Shown: positions 20,417 through 30,446, numbered from the whole stretch's first letter. The stretch: DNA of 60,030 nt, filler included, from 9 parts of 9 records of this genome joined end to end with filler, not necessarily neighbours in it, one strand, 5' to 3'. The notes: generated from the sequence alone by a model not told the origin. Program-made: numbers and translations.

Positions 20417-22414
20417 ATGAAGGTTTTTTACACTGGCATATTTACTTTATTTCTGATCGTTTTTTTCTCTGTTGCAACTATGGCTCAACGAAGCAGCGGA
20501 TTAATGATTGACGGAACTGTAACCGTAGAAGAAGGTACGCCTGAAAATGCTATTATTGAAATAACCGAGGATGGTAAACGGGCACCCGATTATGGAATTC
20601 CTTCCAACGGTCGTTTTAAAGTTGAGTTGCAATACAACCATAAATTTGAACTGCTATTTAAACGAGATGGCAATTTTCAGCAAAAGATTATAGTTGAAAC
20701 TTTTGTTCCTAAAGAGGTTTTAAATTCAAATCCCAGATTTCCGGCCTTTCCGGTAAATGTTAAACTTTTTACAGAAATCCCCGGAATTGATAAATCATTT
20801 TCGGAAAACACTGTACTTAAGATATTCTACAGCCCAAGCGTTGATAATTTTGTAAAAGAGTTGTATTACAACGATGCTCAGATAAAAAAGCTAATTGATC
20901 AGGCCATTGCTCAGGGGCAGATTGTTGATAAACGAGCCGATTTTATGGAGAAGCTTACCCGCGCCGAGCTGGCCGAGTTACGAAAAGAATATAATGAACT
21001 ACTTGAACAGGCAGGGAAAGAATATAGTAATGAAGAGTTTCTGGCCGCACTTGATGGTTACAAAGCTGCAAGTAATATTTTTCCATCTGAGCAATTTCCG
21101 AAAGACCGTATAGCAGAAATAAATGATTTGCTTGGATTAATAATGGCCGCTGAAGAGCTGGATAAAGCCATGTTGGAGCGTTTTAATAAGCTGGTAAAAG
21201 AAGGAGACCTGCACTTAGGAAAACGCCAACTATCTGAAGCCAAAAGATCTTATGATCGGGCGTTGTCGATCAAACCTTTTGATCAGTATGTAAATGATCA
21301 GCTGAAAAAAATTGACAGTTTGCTTGATCAGCAGCGAATGGAAGAGGAATATCGTGATTTGATCGCTAAAGGAGACCAAATGTTCAACGAGTTATTGTAT
21401 AACGAAGCTATCGGGCTTTTTAACGATGCCCTTAAAATCAGACCTGATGAGCAATATCCCAAAAATAAAATCGACGAAATAAATGGGTTGTTGGCAGAAC
21501 AGCGTAAGAACCAGGAGAAGCAAAAAAGTTACGAAGCGGCCATGATGGAAGGGGAACGGATGTTTACCAAACAGTTTTATGACCGTGCCTTAACTTCATT
21601 CGAAAATGCTTTAAACTTTAAACCGGAAGATATAAAAGCTAAAGAACGAATTGCAGATACCAAAAAGGTAATGCAGGATGTACTTGACAAAATTGCCTTT
21701 GACAAATTTATTACCGTTGCCGATAAAGCCTATAAAAGGAAGGATTATACAGAGGCGCTTAGTAATTACGAACAGGCTTTGGAATTAATACCCGATGAAC
21801 CCAGAACAAAAAAGCGGGTGGAGGAGATCAGCCAGATCTTATATGCAGAGAACAGCTTTAACGAATATGTTGGACAGGCAGATAGGCAATTTGAAGCTCA
21901 ACAGTATGCCAATGCAAAAAACTTATATGAAAAAGCACTTAATCTAAAAGCGGAAGATAAATACGCAACAGAACGAATTGCAGAAATTGACCGTATTCTT
22001 GCTCAACAAAGTTTAGATGAGCAGTATAACCAGATTCTGGTGCAAGCTGATAATTTATTCTCAAATAAAAACTACGAAAATGCACGCGGAAAATACAATG
22101 AAGCACTAGGTGTTAAACCAAAAGAAAAATATCCAAAAGAAAAACTGGCAGAAATCAGCACGATTTTAGCAAATCTTGCAAAACTTGATCGTCAATATAA
22201 TGATGCTATTGCAGGAGCAGACCGATTATTTCAGCAAAAACGATATCCGGATGCCAAAATTGGATATACAGAAGCTGGTAAGCTAAAACCGGAAGAAACC
22301 TACCCAACTGAGATGATTGCGAAGATTGACGGTTTGATTGCAGAACAGGAACGTTTGGCTCGCGAAGCCGCGGAAGCTGAAGCCGCACGTTTGGCAGCCA
22401 TCCAGGCCGAAAAG
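20417..22414 (+). CDS. Secreted TPR-like repeat protein, 3'-truncated
   Basis: Signal peptide, beta-rich N-domain, then eight helical modules of the type Y..AI..AD..F....Y..A...Y..AL..KP...YP...I.EI. Confidence 0.9.
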
Positions 22415-22514
22415 NNNNNNNNNNNNNNNNNNNNNNNNNNNNNNNNNNNNNNNNNNNNTTAATTAATTAANNNNNNNNNNNNNNNNNNNNNNNNNNNNNN
22501 NNNNNNNNNNNNNN
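22415..22514. other. Artificial contig spacer
   Basis: N44-TTAATTAATTAA-N44. Confidence 0.99.
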
Positions 22515-22600
22515 CATTGCGAGGAGGAACGACGAAGCAATCTCTTGATTACTATAAGAAAGAGATTGCTTCTCCCGATTGCATCGGGATCGCAATGACG
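22515..22600. repeat. REP/RPE-like palindromic element (CATTGCGA...TCGCAATGAC)
   Basis: Nested inverted repeats: 22515-22522 with 22590-22597; GAAGCAATCTCTT 22534-22546 with 22560-22572; CCCGAT/ATCGGG 22574-22588. Confidence 0.8.
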
Positions 22601-22659
22601 TCTTCGAATAATATTTTGGACGGCTTTTTTACAGTTTGCAATCTTTCTTTTAAGTTAGT

Positions 22660-23415
22660 TTATTTATCTAACCATGCTTTAAAATCACTTGAGCGAGTAA
22701 CACTCACAATGGTTTCCTCCGGGTCTGATACAGGTGGTTGTAAATTAAGTTTAATCCTTCCGCGGCTTCTTGCCACCATGCTGTCAATGGATTTAATATT
22801 AACTACATATTGACGGTTGATTCTAAAAAAGATGTCAGGGTCAATTTGTTCTGCAATGGATTCTAAACTACTATCTAAAGCGTATGTTTTTTCATCAAAC
22901 GTAACGGCATACACATCTTTCTGAATTACATAAAAGTAGGCAATGTTTTCTGCTTGTAGATAAAAGATTTTTTCTCCTCGCTGTGCTATGAATCGTTGTT
23001 TATATGTTGGTTCTTTCTCCTTTATTTGCTGCCACAATTGCAACATATCGGTTTGTGATTGATTGAATAACTGCTTGTATTTTGCAATGGCTTTTCCCAA
23101 TTCTGTTTTCCTGACGGGTTTTAGTAAATATGCTACGCTATTGGCATCAAAAGCTTTTATCGCGTATTGATCGTATGCAGTTGTGAAAATGACAGGTGTA
23201 GTGATTTCCATCTGTTCAAAAACCTTGAAGCTTACCCCGTCTGAAAGTTGAATATCCATCAAAATTAAATCGGGTTTACTAGTCATTAAAAAGCTTAGTG
23301 TTTCTTTGACCGATTTCGTAAATGAAACATTATTTAACTCGGGCAATACTTCTTTTAATAGTTTATGTAATCGTTTTGCGGCAAAATCTTCATCTTCAAC
23401 AATCAGTATATGCAT
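22660..23415 (-). CDS. LytTR-family response regulator
   Basis: Receiver domain (VEDE, MDIQL, FTTAYDQYA) and LytTR motif FFRINRQYVVN. Confidence 0.96.
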   Translation of the reverse strand: MHILIVEDEDFAAKRLHKLLKEVLPELNNVSFTKSVKETLSFLMTSKPDLILMDIQLSDGVSFKVFEQMEITTPVIFTTAYDQYAIKAFDANSVAYLLKPVRKTELGKAIAKYKQLFNQSQTDMLQLWQQIKEKEPTYKQRFIAQRGEKIFYLQAENIAYFYVIQKDVYAVTFDEKTYALDSSLESIAEQIDPDIFFRINRQYVVNIKSIDSMVARSRGRIKLNLQPPVSDPEETIVSVTRSSDFKAWLDK

Positions 23416-23417
23416 AT

Positions 23418-24482
23418 TTATTCGGCTTTTATTAAAGGAATTTTGACAATATATTTATGTGTTTCACGGATGAATTCCGGGGACTGGGAGCTAACCATTT
23501 TAAAACGTTTTTTTAGGTTTTGTTGTCCCAAACCGGTAGAGACTCCTTTCCATGCTTTGGGTTGTAGGTTATTCTCCACAATTAAAAAACCGGAATCGCT
23601 GTATAGATTGATCCATAATGGATTTGTTTCTGTTATTTCGTTATGCTTTATGGCGTTTTCCAAAACTACTTGCAAGGCAAGTGGTGGGATAAATATCTCA
23701 TTTACATTTTCTGTAGTTTTAATACTAAAATTCAACATTTTTCCATACCTGACCTGCTGAAGAAACATATAAGAATTTACAAAATCAAGTTCCTCACTTA
23801 CTTTTACAAGGTTCTTCTCAATGGTCTCCAGTACATATCTATACACTTGCGCAAATTCTGAAATAAACTCCTGAGCTCTTTCTGTATTTTCATCAATCAA
23901 ACCGGAAAGAACATTCAGACTATTGAACATAAAATGTGGTTTGAGTTGATCTTTTAATACTTCAAATTTTATTTGTTCCAATTCTTGTGAAAGATCTTTT
24001 GCTTTTTGTTCCTCATATTTGCTGATGGTGAAAAACAACCACGCTTCTATTGCAATTATGAAAATTAAATTTAAAACGGAAACAATTAACACATTGTTAA
24101 ACAATACATTGCCTAATGGTTGCTCGTAATTGTCAATTGTATGTGCTACCAATGTAACAGATACGGCTATTGCACCAGCAATAATGAGAAGGCTTAAGAA
24201 TTCAACTAAAATTCGCAGAATTGCCCTTTTATTCCAACTAAACCTGACGTTTAACCATTTTATTAGAAATAGATTAGGCCAAACCAAAAAATTAGAAGCA
24301 ATGAATGATAAAAATGTGCCATATATTATCCGCACAAAATATTCTGAACCATCATTAATAGTTATATAACCGGTAAATTGATTGTAAGAGACTACAATCA
24401 ATTGCAATATGAATGATACCAGCGACAGCAGTAACATTAGGCGAGGAATCTTGATAACTTTCACCGGATTTACATATTGCAT
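23418..24482 (-). CDS. LytS-type membrane sensor histidine kinase
   Basis: Four TM helices, LKDQLKPHFMFNSLN, ENAIKHN, GLGQQN. Confidence 0.94.
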   Translation of the reverse strand: MQYVNPVKVIKIPRLMLLLSLVSFILQLIVVSYNQFTGYITINDGSEYFVRIIYGTFLSFIASNFLVWPNLFLIKWLNVRFSWNKRAILRILVEFLSLLIIAGAIAVSVTLVAHTIDNYEQPLGNVLFNNVLIVSVLNLIFIIAIEAWLFFTISKYEEQKAKDLSQELEQIKFEVLKDQLKPHFMFNSLNVLSGLIDENTERAQEFISEFAQVYRYVLETIEKNLVKVSEELDFVNSYMFLQQVRYGKMLNFSIKTTENVNEIFIPPLALQVVLENAIKHNEITETNPLWINLYSDSGFLIVENNLQPKAWKGVSTGLGQQNLKKRFKMVSSQSPEFIRETHKYIVKIPLIKAE

Positions 24483-24524
24483 TTTGATCTCTTTTCTGCT
24501 AATGTAAATAAAACTCATAGTATT

Positions 24525-24564
24525 AAAAATTTACCTCCGGGAAATAATTCTATTTCCGGAGGTA
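24525..24564 (-). terminator. Probable intrinsic terminator between the secreted-protein genes and the kinase
   Basis: Minus strand: TACCTCCGGAAATA...TATTTCCCGGAGGTA followed by AATTTTT. Confidence 0.6.
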
Positions 24565-24591
24565 TAGGGTTAATTACGGAGCGAATTATGA

Positions 24592-25344
24592 TTAATCAAA
24601 AATGGTATTTAGCGCTATTTCATCTCTAAAGGTTTCTTCCAATTTTTGTCGTGCATATACCTGATGATCTGCGCCGGTTAGGAATAAAATCTTTTTACCG
24701 GGATTTTGCTTAACAACTTCTACCATCCTTTGAGCAATCATTTCATGCCTTTTCATGTATGATTGGTAAAGCTGTTCATGCGGCGAGCCATTAAGAAACT
24801 TTCCAAGCTCAGCGTAATATGAGAAGTTTAATGAATCATAATCACCTTGTACAATTTCATTAATTGAAGCATTGGCTGCAATGGTGAGTTTCTTTTCATT
24901 CAATTCATTAATTACTTCAGGTTTTTGTTTTAGGAAGTTTGTATCCGCCTGGTAAGCTTTTGCCCAGACAATATTGGCTACAGTGGAAATTATTTCATCA
25001 GACATTTTCAGACCTTCTATATCCTCATTCCACCAATCAATTCCATAAATTTTCCGATTAGAAAATAATGATATGACATCCAGCATCTCACGTGGATAAT
25101 ATTTACTTAAATAATCTACGGGAGAACCAATATCTTCCGGTCTTATCTCAACAGCAATCACATCCGGATTATACGTTTCAATAAATTTATAAAGCTTTTT
25201 ATAAGTATAATTTTTGTTTTTCTTATGATAACCATGAAGTGTGCCCACAACAGCAACTTCGGTCGCTGGCTTTGAACATGTATATAGAACATTCAATAGA
25301 ATTGTGACCACTATTAACAAGGATGCTTTTATTTTCATTGTCAT
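24592..25344 (-). CDS. Secreted TraB/TIKI/EreA-like (DUF5694-like) protein
   Basis: Signal peptide; VVGTLH, PDVIAVE, R...I and C-terminal GADH pattern. Confidence 0.6.
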   Translation of the reverse strand: MTMKIKASLLIVVTILLNVLYTCSKPATEVAVVGTLHGYHKKNKNYTYKKLYKFIETYNPDVIAVEIRPEDIGSPVDYLSKYYPREMLDVISLFSNRKIYGIDWWNEDIEGLKMSDEIISTVANIVWAKAYQADTNFLKQKPEVINELNEKKLTIAANASINEIVQGDYDSLNFSYYAELGKFLNGSPHEQLYQSYMKRHEMIAQRMVEVVKQNPGKKILFLTGADHQVYARQKLEETFRDEIALNTIFD

Positions 25345-25345
25345 A

Positions 25346-26974
25346 TTATTTTAAATTAGTATTCCAATTTTTGCGATGCAGCAAGGGGAATATAAACTCA
25401 GGATCCAATACAACTATATTTACTGGACTTTTTGTATTAAAAGTCAATTGCTCACTTACACTTTTACCATTAAAACTTTGTTGTATTGTATCACCATTTT
25501 CACAAATGATATACATGTTTATATCTGGAACCTGCGCTTCACCCAACCTAACCAACTCTAATTCAGCCAGCCAGTTATGATCATCCTTTTGTGTATTTTT
25601 CACATTGCGTATTTGATATTCCAGAAACTTGTCAGATTTATACCATGTTTGAAAAAACTCATCCAAATCGAGGTTGCTTATTCGTTCACATTCAGACTGA
25701 AACATCTCGGGGGTTACGTTCATTCCTTTATATTTTTTAAGGCAACTTTTCATCACTTCATTCATTTTTTGTTCCCCAATCCTATTTGACAGCATATGTA
25801 ACACTAAGAACGATTTATTATGTTCCACTGCATTGTTCCAATCGAAATTCTGCTTGTTAAGACTATCAATTGGTTGCATAATTGTGGTGTTATATCCTTT
25901 TGAAACAGCCCACAGGTAATACCTCCTGAAAGACTGCACATGATCAAACTTTGGAATAAATTGTTTAGCATACATTTCATCAGTTCGAAGTCCCATACTT
26001 ATACCAAACCATTGTGGGTAATTCAGTGGTTCCAGTACATAGTTAAAACCCCAATACTGATGACCTATTTCATGTGCCATAATCCAATGACCATGCGTTT
26101 CTGCCCTTTCTTTTTTCTCATCAATTCCTCTGTGAATACCCACAATATTAGGACAAATAGGCCAGCCACCATATGGATGTGGATAGCCCGGCATAATATT
26201 CAAAACAGGTTGGGGATAAAACCCTAAACTATCAGAATAAAATTTGATGATGTTTTTTGCATGAGCTAATAGTTTCTCTCCCCATTTAGCATCATCTTTG
26301 AAATAAAATGACCTAATTAGTACACCCGCAGCAGTGTCCTCTTTCAACTCAATATTTCGGGTAAGCATAAAACCATAAAAGGGGATTGACTCAGCTTTCG
26401 TATTTACTTTTACAAAAGTACTTAACGTATCGCTCGTTACCATCAAACCTGATGATGCAAGCTTATACTCCGATGGATATTCAATCGTAACATTGTAATC
26501 TGCATGTACTTGATAATCTGGATTAAAAACACCATTTTTAAAATATTGAATTACGGGGAAATCCTCCGTATAAAACAAAATATCATCTCGAAAATAGTCA
26601 TTTGGTTTTGTTCCAAATTTTAGAATGACAGCACATGTTTCGTGAGGCTCAATTGGCTTATTGGCATACAAAACAAATCCATTGAATCCTGCACTATCTT
26701 TGGTAAGATATTCAAAATTAACAATCTGGTTATTCACCCATGCCTTTTTGAGCAATGTTTGAGCACTATCAGACTGAAAATGAAAAGGTAACTTATCAAC
26801 TGAAACCTCAGAACTATTATTCCATTTCAACGTCATATTGCATTTCAGGGAAAGATCCAATGTATCCAGTTTAGCATCAATGTTATATTCAGTAAGAGTC
26901 TGCTTATTGTTTACAACCTGATTACATCCAATACAAGCAAACAACAATATAACGACTATCCACTTTGTTTTCAT
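25346..26974 (-). CDS. M1-family (gluzincin) aminopeptidase homologue, putative lipoprotein, with atypical active-site residues
   Basis: Lipobox-like CIGC; AHEIGHQYWG; LVLHML...IGE; FFQTW; VVLDPEF C-terminus. Confidence 0.8.
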   Translation of the reverse strand: MKTKWIVVILLFACIGCNQVVNNKQTLTEYNIDAKLDTLDLSLKCNMTLKWNNSSEVSVDKLPFHFQSDSAQTLLKKAWVNNQIVNFEYLTKDSAGFNGFVLYANKPIEPHETCAVILKFGTKPNDYFRDDILFYTEDFPVIQYFKNGVFNPDYQVHADYNVTIEYPSEYKLASSGLMVTSDTLSTFVKVNTKAESIPFYGFMLTRNIELKEDTAAGVLIRSFYFKDDAKWGEKLLAHAKNIIKFYSDSLGFYPQPVLNIMPGYPHPYGGWPICPNIVGIHRGIDEKKERAETHGHWIMAHEIGHQYWGFNYVLEPLNYPQWFGISMGLRTDEMYAKQFIPKFDHVQSFRRYYLWAVSKGYNTTIMQPIDSLNKQNFDWNNAVEHNKSFLVLHMLSNRIGEQKMNEVMKSCLKKYKGMNVTPEMFQSECERISNLDLDEFFQTWYKSDKFLEYQIRNVKNTQKDDHNWLAELELVRLGEAQVPDINMYIICENGDTIQQSFNGKSVSEQLTFNTKSPVNIVVLDPEFIFPLLHRKNWNTNLK

Positions 26975-27013
26975 AGTTTTATAATTAGTTTCGTTAAATG
27001 TAACTAGTATCAA

Positions 27014-27652
27014 TTAAAAAATACCATAACTCACTGAAATACCATAGTTCAAACCTTCCAATAAATTTTCTTTTGCTCTTTTTAGCATAACTGGCGATGT
27101 TGTTGTGTATGAAGCTTCGGCGGCAGTCCACCATTTACCACTTATATTAAAGTATAAGCGTATTTCGGGTTGGAATACTGCATAAGTATCGCGATCTAAA
27201 AATTCTTCGTACCACTCAAGGTTTTCTGAAGTATTCTTATCGTACCGATATTGAACCAATCCCTGGCCTGTATGAAGTGTTCCACTCAATTTGATTTTTT
27301 CTCCCAATGGCAGAAGATATTCAACGTATAATCCGGCATGGGCGGCTTCTAATCGGTAATGTCCTTCTAGGGCCAGTTCTGTAAGTTTTTGGTCGTAATT
27401 GAGAGCTTGACCCTCAAGTCCAATTACCCATTTATGATTAAATACAAAGCCAACACGTCCGCCTAACCGAAATGCAGGATCGTTAAATACTTCTGTATAC
27501 TGACCAGACAATGAGGCATATAATCCGATAGTATGCGTTTTCTTTTGGGTTTTCAATGTCCATACATGATCTTTTTCCTCATTGAGTTGACTGAAAGCAT
27601 TAGTAGTTAAAAACAACATTGCTGTTACGATCATTAAATGTTTAGTTTTCAT
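27014..27652 (-). CDS. Outer-membrane beta-barrel protein
   Basis: Signal peptide ending AFS, alternating beta-strand pattern, C-terminal YGISVSYGIF. Confidence 0.75.
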   Translation of the reverse strand: MKTKHLMIVTAMLFLTTNAFSQLNEEKDHVWTLKTQKKTHTIGLYASLSGQYTEVFNDPAFRLGGRVGFVFNHKWVIGLEGQALNYDQKLTELALEGHYRLEAAHAGLYVEYLLPLGEKIKLSGTLHTGQGLVQYRYDKNTSENLEWYEEFLDRDTYAVFQPEIRLYFNISGKWWTAAEASYTTTSPVMLKRAKENLLEGLNYGISVSYGIF

Positions 27653-27688
27653 AATGATAAAATTTGGTTCCACAATTAAATTCAATGG

Positions 27689-27696
27689 CAAAACTA
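27689..27696 (-). promoter_or_regulatory. Bacteroidota -7 promoter element TAGTTTTG
   Basis: Matches TAnnTTTG, 36 nt upstream of the ATG at 27652. Confidence 0.55.
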
Positions 27697-27731
27697 TTTG
27701 ATGTGTGGGCGAAAGAATAAATTAAGATGCC

Positions 27732-27780
27732 GAGTGTGTATTTTTAAGGAATGAGTGTGCATTTGGGCTATTTGAGCATG
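27732..27780. promoter_or_regulatory. Three direct repeats at a 21-bp period, candidate LytTR binding sites
   Basis: GAGTGTGTATTT at 27732, GAGTGTGCATTT at 27753, GAGCATG at 27774. Confidence 0.7.
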
Positions 27781-27873
27781 ATGCGAAACTTATACTTCAA
27801 TACTTTTTGGGCAGTAATTCCAGTTGCCTTATGTTTCATTTCTTTAATTTTTTTACTTTTAAAAAACTAATTA

Positions 27874-28134
27874 ACGTGAGTTCGGTATAAATTATGAAAT
27901 CAGAACGCTTGTAAATTGTAAGTTTCAAATGGGAATTATGAAGTAATAGCGGGCTATTTCAAATAATTCCCGTGAAGAAAATTGCAATTTATAAGTGTTA
28001 TTCAGTAAGCTTCGCATAAAAAACTGATTTATTGCGTTATTTTTATTCAATTTAGCTCGCTAATATTCTAAAAATGCCTTATAAATCAGCTTTTTATGCT
28101 GATCTGATTTTTATAATTTACATCGAACTCACGT
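27874..28134. mobile_element. MITE-like non-autonomous element (261 bp) with IS982-like ends
   Basis: Left end ACGTGAGTTCGGTATAAATTATGAAATCAGA; right end reverse-complemented ACGTGAGTTCGATGTAAATTATAAAAATCAGA; too short to encode a transposase. Confidence 0.75.
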
Positions 28135-28137
28135 TAA

Positions 28138-28237
28138 NNNNNNNNNNNNNNNNNNNNNNNNNNNNNNNNNNNNNNNNNNNNTTAATTAATTAANNNNNNN
28201 NNNNNNNNNNNNNNNNNNNNNNNNNNNNNNNNNNNNN
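28138..28237. other. Artificial contig spacer
   Basis: N44-TTAATTAATTAA-N44. Confidence 0.99.
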
Positions 28238-28238
28238 G

Positions 28239-28520
28239 GGCATCCTGGGCACAATCAACAACATCAACGATATCACCGGCACGATCGCTTCGGCTGTCGA
28301 AGAACAAGGTGCCGCAACCAGGGAAATCGCCCATAACATCAGCCAGACCTCGGCTGCCGCGCAGGAGGTTTCCGGAAATATCGTCGAGGTTACGAAATCG
28401 GCACAGCAGACCGGTGAAGAAGCCGGCCAGGTTCTGACCGCGTCGCGTTCGGTAAATGCAAAAACGGCGGAATTGAGAACCCGAACGATCACGTTCCTGG
28501 AAGCCGTCAACGCCGACTAG
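28239..28520 (+). CDS. Methyl-accepting chemotaxis protein, C-terminal fragment (absent from the ORF track)
   Basis: Hand translation: GILGTINNINDITGTIASAVEEQGAATREIAHNISQTS...FLEAVNAD*. Confidence 0.9.
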   Translation, partial: GILGTINNINDITGTIASAVEEQGAATREIAHNISQTSAAAQEVSGNIVEVTKSAQQTGEEAGQVLTASRSVNAKTAELRTRTITFLEAVNAD

Positions 28521-28546
28521 CGGGCTTCCTGCCGCGTGCCGAAATT

Positions 28547-28603
28547 GGAACACGCCCCCTTTGGCGCGTCATGCCGCGTTCCTGGGGGGCGTTCCGGTTT
28601 TTT
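28547..28603 (+). terminator. Possible intrinsic terminator after the MCP gene
   Basis: GGAACACGCCCCC...GGGGGGCGTTCC followed by GGTTTTTT; large loop. Confidence 0.35.
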
Positions 28604-28678
28604 GAAAATTGTAGTTTCGGCGTATACTTCGTGCCCGGGATCACCTTCGCCGAAAGGGGCGGCAAAAGGGGGGCAGGA

Positions 28679-29983
28679 ATGCGCGGTATCGACATCGATT
28701 GGGCCGATAGATTGCGGCGGGTGCAGGCGTTTCTGGCCTTTTCCCTGAAACGTTTTTCCGAGGACCGCTGCCTGCGCATGGCGGCTTCGCTTAGCTATAC
28801 GTCGCTTCTGGCGGTGGTGCCGCTGACCGCGATCGCTTTTTCCATGCTGGCCGCTTTCCCCGTTTTCGAAGGCATCCGCGACGAATTCCAGACCGCGCTG
28901 TTCAGCAATTTCCTGCCGCAGTCGGCCCAGGCCATGCGCGAATATTTCGATCAGTTCGTTGCCAACACGGCGCGGCTGACGGCGGTCGGCATCGTTGGCT
29001 TGGCGGCAACCGCGGTGCTTTTGCTCGGCACCATCGAGGCCGATCTCAACGCCATATTCCGCGTCGCCCGTGCTCGTGCGGTGATTCCGCGGTTGCTGGT
29101 TTTCTGGGCCCTGATCACGTTGGGGCCGATTCTGCTCGGGGCCAGTTTTTCGCTCAGCACCTATTTCTTCGCGCTGACGCGCCTGGTCGGGGTTGAGGCG
29201 GACGGTAACTTTTTCGCCGAATTTACCCAGTACCTGCCCACCTTCATGGTCATGGTCGCCCTGACGCTTTGTTACGTCATCGTGCCGAACCGGCGTGTCA
29301 GTTTTATCGATGCCGTCATCGGCGGGGTCCTGGCCGGGATATTGTTCGGTTTGCTCAGGAAGGGTTTCGGGCTCTACGTTTCCAAGTTTCCGACCTACCA
29401 AACCATTTACGGCGCCGTGTCCGTGGTGCCGATCTTCCTGGTCTGGATGTACATGTCCTGGGCGGTGGTTCTGTTCGGCGCGGTGATGACGGCGGCACTG
29501 GGCGAGTGGCGCTCCGGCAGCCGCAGGGTCGGCAGAACGTTGGGCCCGGAAGACAGGCTGATCGCGACCTTGCACATTCTCGAGCGGCTTTTCCGGTCCA
29601 GCCGGACGGGAAAGGGCGTATCCCGGGCCCGCCTTTTGAAGGAAACCGCGCTTGCCGGAGATGTGCTGGTGTCGCTGCTGGCCAGCCTGGAAAAAGGCGG
29701 ATATGCCGACCAGACGGCATCGCGCGGCTGGGTGGTGGTGCGCGACCTGTCGTCGGTGACGCTTTATGAATTGATGCGGGACCTCGATCTGGCCATCGAC
29801 CCCAAGGCCGCGACCGCCGGCATCCCCTGGAAGGAAAGCCTTCGAAAACGGCTTGTTGCCGTCAACCGGTCGGCCCGCCAGGGTGCCAGTATTCTTCTTC
29901 GGGATCTATTGACCGGCGAGGCGGGCGAAGGCCGGCCGCAGGAATCGAGTGCCGACCACAGGACACCCGCAATCAGTTCATGA
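28679..29983 (+). CDS. YihY/BrkB-family inner-membrane protein with a C-terminal winged-helix-like extension
   Basis: AASLSYTSLLAVVP, TIEADLNAIF, YQTIYGAVSVVPIFLVWMY; start chosen at MRGID. Confidence 0.9.
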   Translation: MRGIDIDWADRLRRVQAFLAFSLKRFSEDRCLRMAASLSYTSLLAVVPLTAIAFSMLAAFPVFEGIRDEFQTALFSNFLPQSAQAMREYFDQFVANTARLTAVGIVGLAATAVLLLGTIEADLNAIFRVARARAVIPRLLVFWALITLGPILLGASFSLSTYFFALTRLVGVEADGNFFAEFTQYLPTFMVMVALTLCYVIVPNRRVSFIDAVIGGVLAGILFGLLRKGFGLYVSKFPTYQTIYGAVSVVPIFLVWMYMSWAVVLFGAVMTAALGEWRSGSRRVGRTLGPEDRLIATLHILERLFRSSRTGKGVSRARLLKETALAGDVLVSLLASLEKGGYADQTASRGWVVVRDLSSVTLYELMRDLDLAIDPKAATAGIPWKESLRKRLVAVNRSARQGASILLRDLLTGEAGEGRPQESSADHRTPAISS

Positions 29984-30446
29984 TCCGCCACGAACCGTCC
30001 GGTTGCTGACAGGCCGTGCCGAAGGCCTGCTGGCTTTGGCCTCCGACCACCACGGTGGTCTGGAATTCCCGGCAGAAGGCGCCGGTCCGGGTGTCGGTGC
30101 CGGCGCGGGTCGGGGTGACGGAACCGGAGTTGCCTGAATTCGGGTTGTCCCAGCGGATTTGCTGGCCGGTGTTGAGGGCCTGGTTGTGCGCCTGTTGTGC
30201 CCGCAGGCGGTCGGCATCGTCCAACGAGCGGCCGATTTCATTGCCCAGCCAACCGCCCAAAAGGACACCGGCGGTGGCGGCGACGATTTGCCCCGAGCCT
30301 CTGCCGAACTGCGCGCCCAGCAAACCGCCGGCGGCGGCGCCCAAGAGCGTTCCGGCGGTTTGCCGGGGGCGGTCCTGGAAATTCTCGGCGCAGGCACCGG
30401 TTATGACGGCGACCAACAACACGGCGATGAACTTGCGATACGGCAT
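29973..30446 (-). CDS. Glycine-zipper lipoprotein (17-kDa surface antigen, RT0821/Lpp0805-like)
   Basis: Lipobox TGAC, GTLLGAAAGGLLG zipper, CREF...GTACQQPDGSWRI. Confidence 0.92.
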   Translation of the reverse strand: MPYRKFIAVLLVAVITGACAENFQDRPRQTAGTLLGAAAGGLLGAQFGRGSGQIVAATAGVLLGGWLGNEIGRSLDDADRLRAQQAHNQALNTGQQIRWDNPNSGNSGSVTPTRAGTDTRTGAFCREFQTTVVVGGQSQQAFGTACQQPDGSWRIMN

